Shown here: positions 16,405 through 27,266 of the stretch, piece after piece
Position numbering within the stretch: position 1 is the stretch's first letter
How the letters are laid out: each line of letters begins with the position of its first letter
Assembly (NCBI GenBank): GCA_048885925.1
Contig: JBHLLG010000018.1
Location: forward strand, 1 to 51,952
DNA from: Candidatus Hermodarchaeota archaeon
GTDB taxonomy: Archaea > Asgardarchaeota > Lokiarchaeia > Sigyniarchaeales > SOKP01
DNA: 51,952 bases
Direction of reading: 5' to 3'
Translations under genes and position numbers: made by a program
The notes under the pieces: generated by a model
The model's database searches: none
Told to the model about the DNA's origin: nothing
Seen by the model: only the letters and a program-made list of their open reading frames with translations

Positions 16405-19224
16405 ATGATAGATTTGAAAGAAGTATACGCGCATTCAATTGAATATGAAGAAGTCATTAAGAAATTGAATACATCTATAGAAAGTGGTCTAACTGAAAAT
16501 GAAGTTCAAATTAGGATTGAAAAGTATGGAAGAAATGAATTAATTAAAGAAAAAGGAAAAAAAGCTTGGCAAATTTTCATAAATCAATTCAAAGATTTTC
16601 TTATATATCTTTTAATGTTTGCTATTGTTATTTCGGTAATTATTGGATTATATGAATCAGCTAGACCTGGCGGAGAAGAATGGTCTTCAGAATATACAGA
16701 TGCTATCGTAATTGCAGCTATCTTAATCGTGAATGCAATATTAGGATTTTATCAGGAATATCAAGCGGAAAGAGCATTAGAAAGTTTAAAGAAATTAGCA
16801 CCACATTTTGCTAAAGTTAGAAGAGGAGGACGAGTTATGGAAATAGATATTGAGGAGGTTGTTCCTGGAGACATAGTTTTAATAGAAGAGGGGGATAAAT
16901 TTCCAGCAGATCTTAGATTATTTAAAGAATTCTCACTGTATGTTGATGAGGCGATCTTAACAGGTGAATCAAAACCAGTTAAGAAGCATATAAAACCAGT
17001 TGAAAAGAAAATGATCTTGGCAGACAGGACTAACCTTGGTTATATGAATACAATTATTACAAGAGGAAATGGAGAAGGTATTGTAATTGGTACTGGAATG
17101 AAAACTGAAATAGGAAAAATAGCAGAGAGTTTACAAGAAGAAGAAATGGAGCTTAGTCCTTTTCAACAAGAAGTAAATAAGTTTGGAAAACTTTTAGGAA
17201 TAATTATCTTGATTATATGTTTCACGGTTTTTGGTGTAGATCTTATTATATTATTATTAACAGAATTTAATTTTGAAGAACTTATTCAAGCATTTGAAAT
17301 CTCAATAAGTTTGGCCGTATCCGCGGTTCCTGAAGGTCTTATTGTAGTAATTACTGTTGTAATGAGCATAGGAATGAGGAAAATGGCAGAGAGAAATGCA
17401 TTAGTCAGAAATCTCACTGCTGTTGAGACATTAGGACGAGTAAATGTAATTTGTTCAGATAAAACAGGTACTTTGACAAAAAATGAAATGACCGTCGTAA
17501 AAGTTTTTTTAGGAGGTTTGGAGTACAATGTAGAAGGTGTAGGTTATGCGCTTGAAGGAAAAATTATAAATGAAAAGGGGAGAGTAGCCGAAATTGATGA
17601 TAATTTAAAAAGATTCTTAGAAGTTTGTATGTTTTGTAATAATGCTAATGTTACACCAAAAAACGATGGAACAAACGATACTGATGTAGTTGGAGACCCA
17701 ACAGAAATTTCCATGAAAGTTCTAGCAATGAAAATGGAACTTGGGACGAAAGCAGAAAAAGTGGATGAAATTCCTTTTAGTTCTGATAGGAAAATGATGT
17801 CAGTTGTTATGAGGATAGATAATAAACTATATTCATTTATAAAAGGAGCTCCAGATGTTCTTTTAAAAAATGCGAGTCACGGTGTTTATAATAGAACTAT
17901 AAAACCTATTAATGAAGTTAAAGATACAATCATAAATAAAAATGAAGAGTTCGCTAAAAGTGCTTTACGAGTTTTAGGAGTTGCCTATAAACCACTAAAT
18001 GAAGGATATAAAGAAGAAGAAATTGAAAAGGATTATATATATATTGGTTTAGCAGGAATAATTGATCCTGCCAGAGATGAAGTAAAAGATGCTATTGAAG
18101 AAGCTAGAATGGCAGGCATCAGGACAATAATGATTACAGGAGATCATAAAATTACAGCAATAGCAATTGCTCATGAAATTGGATTAACTGATTCCGATGA
18201 GGCTATAACAGGTGCAGATTTAGAAGATATGGATGATGAAGTACTTCGAGAAAAGGTAAAAACTGTAGATGTTTTTGCTAGGGTTACCTCTGAACATAAA
18301 TTAAGAATATTAAGAAGATTAAAAGAATTAGATTTAGTAGTAAGTATGACAGGTGATGGTGTTAATGATGCACCAGCTGTTAAGGGTGCTCATGTGGGTG
18401 TTGCTATGGGGATGAAAGGAACTGAAGTGACACAAGAAGCGTCAGATATAATCCTTATCGATGATAATTATGCCACAATTGTAAATGCTATAGAGGAAGG
18501 AAGGGGAATTTTTGAAACAACCAAAGGCTTCTTTCGATATATGTTAAGTACTAATTTTGATGAGATCTTTTTAATTCTTACAGCTTATATTGTTATGAAA
18601 TTATTACCTAATATCTTTCTGGCCCTTCCAGTCATCCCAATACAAATTCTCTGGCTTAATATAGCCACAGATGGTATACCAGCTATGGTTCTTGGTTTTA
18701 CTCCTACAGATCCGGATGTTATGAAAGAAGAACCACGAAAAGGGTTTACATTAATTCCGGAGATAAAGGGTCCTGTTTTATTACTTGGAATTTATACGAG
18801 TATTACAGATATAACGCTATATTTACTTTTATGGAGTGTATTACTTCCTGCTTGGTTTGATGCAGGATTCGATCCAAAATTAGTTGCTGAAGGTCTTAAT
18901 TCTACTTATGCTGCATCATTAGCTCAAACAATATTGTTTACAAATTTAGTAATTTGTGAGTTAATGTTTGTATATGCCTGTACATCCAATATTAAACCAT
19001 TCTATTTATTTCCAAATAAACATTTATTCTGGGCTACTGGTCTTTCTCTTGTATTACAATTATTGATTCTATTTACACCCATGGGGATAGCATTTCATGT
19101 TGTACCCTTGTATCACTGGGAATATTGGGTCGCCCTTTTCTTAGGAGCTTTTTCCGTATTTGTTGTAGATGAAATAAGAAAATGGAGAATTAGAATTAAG
19201 AAAGGAATGAAGATAAGAAAATAA
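16405..19224 (+). CDS. P-type ATPase, type IIA (Ca2+-transporting, SERCA/PMR1-like)
   Basis: LTGES, AVPEGL, CSDKTGTLT, KGAPD, MITGDH, MTGDGVNDAPA, QILWLNIATDG. Confidence 0.93.
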   Translation: MIDLKEVYAHSIEYEEVIKKLNTSIESGLTENEVQIRIEKYGRNELIKEKGKKAWQIFINQFKDFLIYLLMFAIVISVIIGLYESARPGGEEWSSEYTDAIVIAAILIVNAILGFYQEYQAERALESLKKLAPHFAKVRRGGRVMEIDIEEVVPGDIVLIEEGDKFPADLRLFKEFSLYVDEAILTGESKPVKKHIKPVEKKMILADRTNLGYMNTIITRGNGEGIVIGTGMKTEIGKIAESLQEEEMELSPFQQEVNKFGKLLGIIILIICFTVFGVDLIILLLTEFNFEELIQAFEISISLAVSAVPEGLIVVITVVMSIGMRKMAERNALVRNLTAVETLGRVNVICSDKTGTLTKNEMTVVKVFLGGLEYNVEGVGYALEGKIINEKGRVAEIDDNLKRFLEVCMFCNNANVTPKNDGTNDTDVVGDPTEISMKVLAMKMELGTKAEKVDEIPFSSDRKMMSVVMRIDNKLYSFIKGAPDVLLKNASHGVYNRTIKPINEVKDTIINKNEEFAKSALRVLGVAYKPLNEGYKEEEIEKDYIYIGLAGIIDPARDEVKDAIEEARMAGIRTIMITGDHKITAIAIAHEIGLTDSDEAITGADLEDMDDEVLREKVKTVDVFARVTSEHKLRILRRLKELDLVVSMTGDGVNDAPAVKGAHVGVAMGMKGTEVTQEASDIILIDDNYATIVNAIEEGRGIFETTKGFFRYMLSTNFDEIFLILTAYIVMKLLPNIFLALPVIPIQILWLNIATDGIPAMVLGFTPTDPDVMKEEPRKGFTLIPEIKGPVLLLGIYTSITDITLYLLLWSVLLPAWFDAGFDPKLVAEGLNSTYAASLAQTILFTNLVICELMFVYACTSNIKPFYLFPNKHLFWATGLSLVLQLLILFTPMGIAFHVVPLYHWEYWVALFLGAFSVFVVDEIRKWRIRIKKGMKIRK

Positions 19225-19232
19225 TTTTTATT

Positions 19233-19250
19233 TAAGAGTAGAAACTCTTA
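19233..19250 (+). terminator. Short hairpin just downstream of the ATPase stop, possibly a terminator
   Basis: TAAGAGT-AGAA-ACTCTTA perfect 7-bp stem followed by a T-rich tract. Confidence 0.3.
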
Positions 19251-19346
19251 TCTAACAATTTCTTTTAATTAATTTTAAATTTTTATTATAATTTTATTAA
19301 ATAATTTGAAATTAAGATTTCAATATTCTTAAGCGAGATAAAAAAT

Positions 19347-20033
19347 ATGAATATTGCTGAAGTTCTAAAAAATAAGATCAAATCAGATCAAACTGTTCTA
19401 ACTGAATTTGAATCAAAAGAGCTATTACGAGAAATTGGAATCCCAGTTCCAGCTCAAAAATTAACTGTTTCTAAAAATGATACCTTATCTGCAGCAGAAG
19501 AAATCGGTTTCCCCATAGTATTAAAACTAATAGCGGAAGATATTGTCCATAAATCTGATACTGGCGCTGTAAAGCTTGGTTTAAAAACAAAAGATGATGT
19601 AGAAAAAGCTTATGATGACCTAATGAAAATACCATCTCAAAAAGACAAAAAAATCTCGGTACAAAAAATGGCAGATACCCCTATAACAGAACTTATCATT
19701 GGTATGACCACTGATCCTCAGTTTGGACCTGCTTTAATGTTTGGAATTGGTGGCATTTTAGTAGAGCTTTTGGAAGATGTTAGCTTTCGAATAGCCCCAA
19801 TTACAGAATATGATGCCAATGAAATGATTCATGAAATTAAAGGATTCCCTATTCTTGATGGATATCGCGGTAAACCAAAAGCAGATATCCATGCAATTGT
19901 AGAAGTATTAATGAAAATATCAGATCTTGTTACCAAACATGAAGAAATCAATGAAATGGATTTAAATCCAGTATTTATTTATGATAAAGGCTTAATTTGT
20001 GTTGATGCAAGGATTATCTTAAAAAAAAATTAA
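19347..20033 (+). CDS. acdB: ADP-forming acetyl/acyl-CoA synthetase beta subunit (ATP-grasp)
   Basis: LTEFESKELL, IGFPIVLK, HKSDTGAV, DPQFGPALMFGIGGILVE, EMDLNP, VDAR. Confidence 0.88.
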   Translation: MNIAEVLKNKIKSDQTVLTEFESKELLREIGIPVPAQKLTVSKNDTLSAAEEIGFPIVLKLIAEDIVHKSDTGAVKLGLKTKDDVEKAYDDLMKIPSQKDKKISVQKMADTPITELIIGMTTDPQFGPALMFGIGGILVELLEDVSFRIAPITEYDANEMIHEIKGFPILDGYRGKPKADIHAIVEVLMKISDLVTKHEEINEMDLNPVFIYDKGLICVDARIILKKN

Positions 20034-20283
20034 ATTTCAACCTAAGAGATATTGTTAATTTATCATTCTCTATTATTATTTTTAAGCTTTTATTAATTGA
20101 ATTTTTACGTGAAAGTTGAAATAATTTCTCTTATTTTCATTAAATATATATTAAGAGATTTTTATTGATTTCTTAATTATATTTTAATTTAGAAAAATTA
20201 TTTAAGGTCAAATATACAAAATTATAATAAATATTACCTAATTCTATTTTAAAATTAAAAAACAATAAATTAAACTGATTTCT

Positions 20284-23200
20284 ATGAATAAATCTGAAAT
20301 AAAAAAGAAGATAAAGGCATTAGGCTTTCTGATCTTGATTTTAGGGTCATTTACAACATACTTTAATATAATATTAAAGAATATTCTCTCTAACGATTCT
20401 CAATTTGATGATGATGTGAATGAGAAATCTGAAAGTTTTGATTTCAGTTTTGGAAACCTTGAAGTAGCAGCATATTCCTCAACTTCTAGTGGTACTGGAG
20501 AGGAATTAAATATTTCTTTACAGCAATCAATAGTAAATGAAGGTTCTCCTTTATTTAGAATTACAAATGCTTCGGATCCAAATAATAATACTTTTAATAT
20601 TGATTGTCCTGATGATAATACTTTCAATACAACATTCTCACAAATTACTATGCAAGATATATACGCCCCAAATGCAAGTTTAATAATCGAAGACTACTCT
20701 TCACATAGTTTTAAAGAATTTGTAACATTACCAAGGTTAGCTTCTTTTACAGTTACTGGTAATGGGTATTTAGAAAATATATCAATAGAAATAATAGAAA
20801 CAGGTGCAATTTCTGATACAGGTAATGTTCGTCTAAGATTATATAACTCAACTTGGGATTCAACTAGAAGCAAACCAGGAGGAACTGTTAATGATTATAT
20901 TACAATAGGAGACATTCCTACCCCAGATAACCCAAATGGTTGGTATAATTTAACAAATGCTCATATATTCTTAAATAATTCTAAAACAGAAAATAATACA
21001 TGGTTTATTGGTTGCACCGACCAAGGCAGTAATATTGTTTTGAATTGGTGGTACACAAATGATGATGCAGGAGGAGTGAATGATGGAGATGATGAAACTG
21101 ATTGTTGGGAACACGATGGGAGTAACTGGGTATTTAGCACGGATGTTACATGGGGTTGTGGAATTGATTTTCATTTAAAAGTAGACTTAAGTCCTGAAGA
21201 TAACATCCCTCTTCCAACTGACATTAATCTTAAAGTAAATAATTCTATTGTGAATAATGCTGGATCAGGTTCAGGAATTTGGACTTATGAAAGAGTTTTT
21301 TCAAGTCTTCCCGATAAATTAGATTATATATTAACGGCTGACTGGTGGAATGTATCGTGCAATATTGTTAAAATTGAAGCGAATTATACAAAAACTGATT
21401 TAAAGGCAATTCCCAGTTTTGAAGTTTTAGGAAGTGGTCTAACTATACAATGGAATGCTTCTGCTGGTAATTTAAATTATTTCGATCCGGATTACCTATA
21501 TTATAAAATAAATTTTACTGTTCCTTCAACTTGGAGTAATTTAAAGGCATTTAATGATACAGTTGAGTTAACAGATAATACAACATTAGGAGAACCGCTA
21601 GGGGGATATATGGAATATCAAATTTATAATGCCAGTAATGGCCCCAATTGGTTTATTACAGCAGAATCTCAAAACTTACTTGACGATATTAATATGTTTG
21701 TTGATACTATTGAAACTACTATTACGAATTATGACAAGACTATCGATATTATAGGAAACTTTACTGAATCAATTAGTGATGGCAATGCTACAGTTGAAAT
21801 ATATAGCCCTGATTTCACAGGTAATTATTTGAACTTTACTAATTTTAACGATACAATTACAACAAATGATGAAGTTTCTCTTGGTTCTTGGACAATAAAA
21901 AACACAGCTAAAAATTATGGTCAATTTAGAGTTCAAGTATTTTGGAGTAATAATACAGCAGTAGGTTTTGTTGAAAAGAATTTAACAATATGGGCAATAA
22001 CAGATTTACTATTAATTGAACCTGCAATTGATGAAAGTTATTATAGTAATGATGTTTTCAATATTACTTTTTATTATAATGATACCGGTCAAAGTTTACC
22101 AATTGAAAATGCTCAATTTAATGATAATAGCTCAGTTCCATTAACATATTCTCCTAATGGGACAGCTGGATTCTATACAACAGAAATTATTGTTGATGAT
22201 TTTAATTGGGGTTGGAATTTTATCGAATTTAATGCTTCAAGAACTTATTATAATGAAGCTTCTGTTGTCTTCTCATTTCAAAAAATAATCAATACCACTA
22301 TTTCGCCATCGAACATTAAGAATTTTGGAGACATTATTAAAGGAGATACGGTGTCTTATGAATTTAATTATTCAGATATAAATGATGATTTTATTGAAGG
22401 AGCAGATATTCAGGAGGTTGATGTAGATTCCAGCTTTATTTGGTTTTGGACTCCAATAGGCCAAGGAAATTATTCTATTGAACTTAATACTACGAATGTA
22501 GATGCAACTCCGTTTAAATACATTTGCAATTTCAGTATTTCTGCTACTGGAAATGAAACACAAATTATTTCTTTACAACTCAGAGTAATCAACACTCAGA
22601 CTTTTATAGATATACAATCGTATAATTCAATGCTTATTAGAAAGGATCGCCTTAATCAAACAGTTGTTTTCTATTTTAATGATACTGATAACAATAAGGT
22701 TATCACGGGATTAACTACAAATGATATTATTGTAAAAGACAACCAAACAGGATCATCAAGATCTAAATGGCTATATCTGACTGGAACTCCAGGCCTTTAT
22801 GAGTTAAATATAAGTACATCTGGGTTAAATTCTGGCTGGATAAGGTTTGAGTTAAATGTATCACTCGAACCAAATTATAATTGGAGCTTAAACTTTATTA
22901 CTTTTTATCTGAGAGGAAATCTTACTGATATACCTAACATTTTTCTTTCAGACCCTGGAGGTGAAGGAACTTTAACTGCAATAGCGGGTAAATATCCTAT
23001 ATTTGAAGAACGCGATTTGTATGTAGATTTCAATATAACTGATACAGATTATAATAATAATTTGATTAAATCAGAAGTTAATTCCTACTTAATAGAATAT
23101 ATTGAAATAGGAAATCCTACAAATCAAGGAACTCTAACAGAAACTATAAGTTTTGATGCAAATACTAATTCATTCAAAGGATATATTTCAATTACGGATT

Positions 23201-25002
23201 TACCTTCAATAGGCAATTATGCATTAACAGTTAAAGTTAATAAAATTAATTACGAAGAAGCTAGTATTAATTTTAATATAACAATAAAAGCAAGATTTAA
23301 TGTAGAGTTACAAATAATCTCTAAACCTTCTGACGTAACTGCCGGTGATACATTTAGAATAGTATTTAGAGCACAATATAATAATGGTACTAATTGGCTA
23401 CCTTTAATTGGTTCTACTGTTATAATTACACCTACTTTCGATGGCATAACATCATCAGAAATTCTAACCAAATCTACTAATAGTAGCGGTGGGCTATTTT
23501 TTGATATAACTGTAGATGCTGATGTTCGCAATATCAGTTTATCAGTTAGATTAGAAGGTGAATATTATCATGTTGGGGAAATTTTAACCATTTCTGATAT
23601 TAACATTATTCCTTTACGTCGTGGATTGACTTTTGGGGACCTCGTACCAGGTTTAATAACCACTCTTATTGTTATTGCTGCTGCTGGAGCTTCAGTTTCA
23701 ATCTATCGAGGTGTGATTGTTCCCAAAAAACGTGAAAGAACTCGAATTCTTACCGAAGTAAAAACTATCTTTGACGATGCTATAAACTTAGAACATATTT
23801 TAGTACTTTATAAGGGTACGGGTACATGTATCTATTTCAAATCATTCGGTTCAGAACAGATTGATCCTGAATTAATTTCAGGCTTCATTTCTGCTATAAG
23901 CAGTTTTGGAAAAGATTTGGTAAGCCAAGAAGAACTTAATGAAATAACATATGGAGATAAAATGTTGTTGCTTTCAGATGGTGAATTTATCCGAGTGGCT
24001 TTAGTTCTTGGTAAAAAAGCTTCAATTATTTTAAGAAGAAACTTGATGGACTTTATACATGTTTTTGAAAGACATTACGACAAGGACCTTCCAAGTTGGA
24101 GGGGTCAATTAAATATCTTTAGAGATGCGGGAGTTATTGTTGATGATAAGTTGAATACTTCAATTATATTACCACATGAAATCACTTACGAATATTCTAC
24201 CATAAAGGTATTAAAAAAGTCTCAATCAAAAGAAGTGTTAAAAATCGCGAATACTTTAATGAAGGAATCAGAAAGAAATTTCTTCTTTATTGCAACCCTA
24301 TTAAAAGAAGCTGCAGAAAAAACAAGCAAAGATACACCAGAAATTTTTATGGGTATTAAAGAATTACGAGATACGAAAATACTAATGCCAATAGAGATAT
24401 CTACCATTGAAACCAAACCAATTTCTCAACAAGAATTAAACCTTATTAATCAAAAAGTTTCAGAATTAGTGAATTTAAGTCGCGAAGAACGCCAAAAACT
24501 AGTTAATGACCTTTCCCAGATGGGTCCTGCTGAAAGAGAAGCATATTTTGTAAGTTTAACTGAACGACATGAAATTGTTTCTGCTCCAATTGAATCAAAA
24601 ATTGGAGCTGCTGTAATTGAAACTCCAAAAGGAGCTAAAAAAGAAATTAAAAACTTAAAAAAGAATGCTTTAGCAGCAAAAAAAGAGAAGGATTACGAAA
24701 AGAGCATTAAAGTCTTTCAGAATGCTTCAAAAATCGCTTTAAATTGGGAATTAATAAAAGAATCCCAAGAAATCGATGATCTAGTGCGTTTGACTAAGAT
24801 TGAGGATCTTACAACTAAAATGAAAAATCTTGAAAAAGAAGCAAAATTAGCTGTTAAAAAAGAAAGCTATACTGAAGCAGCCCAAAAATACAAAATATCT
24901 TCAAAAATTGCATCAGAAATATTTAAATTGGGAGTAACTGATATGACAAAAGAAGTTAAGCGACTATCAAATAAATCGAAAGAATATGAAAAGCTAGTTT
25001 GA
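20284..25002 (+). CDS. 1572-aa receptor-like membrane protein: large beta-rich ectodomain, TM, cytoplasmic longin-like and helical domains
   Basis: N-terminal hydrophobic anchor (aa ~12-31); ~1080 aa Asn/Thr/Ser-rich region with many NxS/T; TM LVPGLITTLIVIAAAGASVSIY then KKRERTR; LEHILVLYKGTGTCIY..IDPELISGFISAISSF longin-like signature. Confidence 0.8.
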   Translation: MNKSEIKKKIKALGFLILILGSFTTYFNIILKNILSNDSQFDDDVNEKSESFDFSFGNLEVAAYSSTSSGTGEELNISLQQSIVNEGSPLFRITNASDPNNNTFNIDCPDDNTFNTTFSQITMQDIYAPNASLIIEDYSSHSFKEFVTLPRLASFTVTGNGYLENISIEIIETGAISDTGNVRLRLYNSTWDSTRSKPGGTVNDYITIGDIPTPDNPNGWYNLTNAHIFLNNSKTENNTWFIGCTDQGSNIVLNWWYTNDDAGGVNDGDDETDCWEHDGSNWVFSTDVTWGCGIDFHLKVDLSPEDNIPLPTDINLKVNNSIVNNAGSGSGIWTYERVFSSLPDKLDYILTADWWNVSCNIVKIEANYTKTDLKAIPSFEVLGSGLTIQWNASAGNLNYFDPDYLYYKINFTVPSTWSNLKAFNDTVELTDNTTLGEPLGGYMEYQIYNASNGPNWFITAESQNLLDDINMFVDTIETTITNYDKTIDIIGNFTESISDGNATVEIYSPDFTGNYLNFTNFNDTITTNDEVSLGSWTIKNTAKNYGQFRVQVFWSNNTAVGFVEKNLTIWAITDLLLIEPAIDESYYSNDVFNITFYYNDTGQSLPIENAQFNDNSSVPLTYSPNGTAGFYTTEIIVDDFNWGWNFIEFNASRTYYNEASVVFSFQKIINTTISPSNIKNFGDIIKGDTVSYEFNYSDINDDFIEGADIQEVDVDSSFIWFWTPIGQGNYSIELNTTNVDATPFKYICNFSISATGNETQIISLQLRVINTQTFIDIQSYNSMLIRKDRLNQTVVFYFNDTDNNKVITGLTTNDIIVKDNQTGSSRSKWLYLTGTPGLYELNISTSGLNSGWIRFELNVSLEPNYNWSLNFITFYLRGNLTDIPNIFLSDPGGEGTLTAIAGKYPIFEERDLYVDFNITDTDYNNNLIKSEVNSYLIEYIEIGNPTNQGTLTETISFDANTNSFKGYISITDLPSIGNYALTVKVNKINYEEASINFNITIKARFNVELQIISKPSDVTAGDTFRIVFRAQYNNGTNWLPLIGSTVIITPTFDGITSSEILTKSTNSSGGLFFDITVDADVRNISLSVRLEGEYYHVGEILTISDINIIPLRRGLTFGDLVPGLITTLIVIAAAGASVSIYRGVIVPKKRERTRILTEVKTIFDDAINLEHILVLYKGTGTCIYFKSFGSEQIDPELISGFISAISSFGKDLVSQEELNEITYGDKMLLLSDGEFIRVALVLGKKASIILRRNLMDFIHVFERHYDKDLPSWRGQLNIFRDAGVIVDDKLNTSIILPHEITYEYSTIKVLKKSQSKEVLKIANTLMKESERNFFFIATLLKEAAEKTSKDTPEIFMGIKELRDTKILMPIEISTIETKPISQQELNLINQKVSELVNLSREERQKLVNDLSQMGPAEREAYFVSLTERHEIVSAPIESKIGAAVIETPKGAKKEIKNLKKNALAAKKEKDYEKSIKVFQNASKIALNWELIKESQEIDDLVRLTKIEDLTTKMKNLEKEAKLAVKKESYTEAAQKYKISSKIASEIFKLGVTDMTKEVKRLSNKSKEYEKLV

Positions 25003-25160
25003 TTTTTATTTTTTTTTCTTTATTTTTTTTTGTTTTAATATAAATGATATTTTTTCCCTTTCATTAAGAGAATAAAATAACAAAATTCGATTGAAATTAA
25101 TTGAAATAGATATTAAAAGTAGTAAATACATTTTTATCTTAAAAAAATTAATAAATTTTA

Positions 25161-25178
25161 TAGAATTCCAAAATTTTA
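25161..25178. promoter_or_regulatory. Palindrome TAGAATT-N4-AATT(T)TA, copy 3 (one mismatch)
   Basis: TAGAATT CCAA AATTTTA about 60 bp upstream of ATG 25237. Confidence 0.3.
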
Positions 25179-25236
25179 ACTTTTAAAATATTACCAGCTT
25201 TTTATAAGAAGAAAAGTATGAAAAAAGAAAAAAAAT

Positions 25237-25707
25237 ATGAAGAATAAAGAAATTGAAAATGATGAATTTGAGAATTCAAATTTGATCAACCAAAATAGAG
25301 CTATTAATGATATAAAAGATAAAATTATACGCATTATAAATGATGATAAAAGCATTGCTGAACTTGAGGAAACCAAAGGTATACAAAAAGCAGTAAAAGT
25401 TAAAACAACCGTAATAGAACAAGATGAAAAGCAAGAATTAAAAATTTTATCTTTAATTTCAGAAAAAGATGAAAGTCTCAAGATTCCATTAAGTTTAAAG
25501 GAAGAAGTCGAGAGAATTATTTTAAAAATCCTTTATGATGAAAAATCAGTTAAATCATTAAAGCTTTTTATTGAAAAAGTCTTGGAGAGAGCAATGGAGA
25601 AAAAAATAACTATTTCTGAAAAATCTATAAGTTTAATAATTTATCAAATGGATAATGATAAAAAAATACAATTCACTCAGAGAGAAGGCTGGAAAATAAG
25701 AATATAG
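25237..25707 (+). CDS. Hypothetical protein with probable C-terminal winged helix
   Basis: ERIILKILY...ISEKSISLIIYQMDNDKKIQFTQREGWKI has a helix-helix-helix-beta-hairpin pattern. Confidence 0.6.
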   Translation: MKNKEIENDEFENSNLINQNRAINDIKDKIIRIINDDKSIAELEETKGIQKAVKVKTTVIEQDEKQELKILSLISEKDESLKIPLSLKEEVERIILKILYDEKSVKSLKLFIEKVLERAMEKKITISEKSISLIIYQMDNDKKIQFTQREGWKIRI

Positions 25708-25759
25708 GTTTTAATAGATTTTAACTCATCCTATTATTCAAAATTTACTTTAATATAAA

Positions 25760-27022
25760 TTAATCAGAAATTCCGTTTTCAGTTATAGAAAAAATAGCTT
25801 CTCCTTCAGGTAAATGGGGTGCATCGACAATTTTAGCAATTCTCTGTTCTCCTTTACCTTTTCTTAAATAAACTCTAATTGTTGAACCATGGGCTACTAC
25901 ATTTCCTCCAGTTGCTTGAAGAGGATTACCATAAAAGACATCAGGTTTAGCTTGAACTTGATTTGTTATAAGGATCGCTAAATCTGGATAAATATCACAT
26001 AATCTTAATAAATCATGTAAATGAGAATTTATAAGTTGTTGTCGATTTGCTAAAGTACCACGTCCTATATATTCACTTCTAAAATGACCAATTAAAGAAT
26101 CAACCACAATTATTTTAATATTTTTTTCTTTAACTAGATTTGCTGCTTCTTTAATAAGGAGAATTTGGTGATCGCTGTTATATGCACGCCCAAATATGAT
26201 ATTTTTCAATACTTCTTTATGATCCATATCTAATCCTTCAGCCATTTGGATAATCCTTTCTGGTCTAAATGTACCCTCAGTGTCAATGTATAAAGCTCTC
26301 CCATTAATTCCTCCCTTTTCTTCCGGCATTTGAACATTCACACATAACTGATGCATAATTTGTGTCTTTCCTGTTCTAAACTCCCCAAAAAACTCAATTA
26401 CACTACCTGTTTCAACACCACCCCCTAATAAATCATCCAATTCTTGACTACCTGTTGTAATTCGAGTAATATTTTTTCTATGTTCCCATACATCTTCGGC
26501 AGATTTGAATCCAATATTAAGTTTTTCCATTGAAGCCTTAATTAATTTAATTGTGGTTTTTTCACCAAGACCACTTTCTTCTTGAATAATACCCGGAGGT
26601 GTAAAGGCGATTGATTCTAAACTAGAAAATCCTGCTTTTATCAATTTATTTAAGGTGGCTTCCCCTACTCCAGGGAGTTTCTTTACAGCATCAACGCATT
26701 CATTTAACTCAATTTCATTATTAGGAATCTCATTAATATTATCATCTACGTCATCTTCAAATTCCTCATTATTTTCATAATTAATTCCTTCTTCCTCTAG
26801 TTCATCAAATGCATCAATAATTTCTATTTCATCATCATAATCTTCAGTATTTATATCTTCCCTACCATCATCTTTATTATTATTTTCGAATTTGGCAAAA
26901 TTTAGATGTTCCTTATAGACTTTCCCTTTTGTATGATTACGTTTACATTCTATACAATAATAGGGTTTACCCATTTCAAATTCATTATTATTGTTATCTT
27001 CTATTTGAGTTGCTTTAGCCAT
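25760..27022 (-). CDS. radA: DNA repair/recombination protein RadA with ~100-aa N-terminal extension
   Basis: HhH LPGVGEAT, polymerisation motif GFKSA, Walker [22 protein letters not shown], Walker [24 protein letters not shown]. Confidence 0.95.
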   Translation of the reverse strand: MAKATQIEDNNNNEFEMGKPYYCIECKRNHTKGKVYKEHLNFAKFENNNKDDGREDINTEDYDDEIEIIDAFDELEEEGINYENNEEFEDDVDDNINEIPNNEIELNECVDAVKKLPGVGEATLNKLIKAGFSSLESIAFTPPGIIQEESGLGEKTTIKLIKASMEKLNIGFKSAEDVWEHRKNITRITTGSQELDDLLGGGVETGSVIEFFGEFRTGKTQIMHQLCVNVQMPEEKGGINGRALYIDTEGTFRPERIIQMAEGLDMDHKEVLKNIIFGRAYNSDHQILLIKEAANLVKEKNIKIIVVDSLIGHFRSEYIGRGTLANRQQLINSHLHDLLRLCDIYPDLAILITNQVQAKPDVFYGNPLQATGGNVVAHGSTIRVYLRKGKGEQRIAKIVDAPHLPEGEAIFSITENGISD

Positions 27023-27266
27023 GAATATTCACTTTATAATAAAATTAGTGCTTTTTTTAAATGTACTTTTTATTATGAATATTTGTTAAGCTCTTTATTT
27101 TAAATAAAATAGAGTTCAAATTTTCAAATTTCTGTTAACTTGTAAAAGAAATAGAATCGACAATTTTCAATAAATAATCCTAAAAATTAATTAATAAAAT
27201 AATAAAAACAAGATTGAATTATATAAATGTATTAATCAATTTTCTAAAGGTTTAGGATAGAAACTC

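Noticed and set aside
25218-25247. Upstream ATG with A-runs overlapping the 25237 start as a programmed frameshift
   Set aside because: It would add only about 6 residues; A-runs are ubiquitous here and no stimulatory structure is seen.
25760-27022. Extra length of RadA as an intein
   Set aside because: The ATPase core is uninterrupted around Walker A; the extra sequence is N-terminal and lacks intein terminal motifs.
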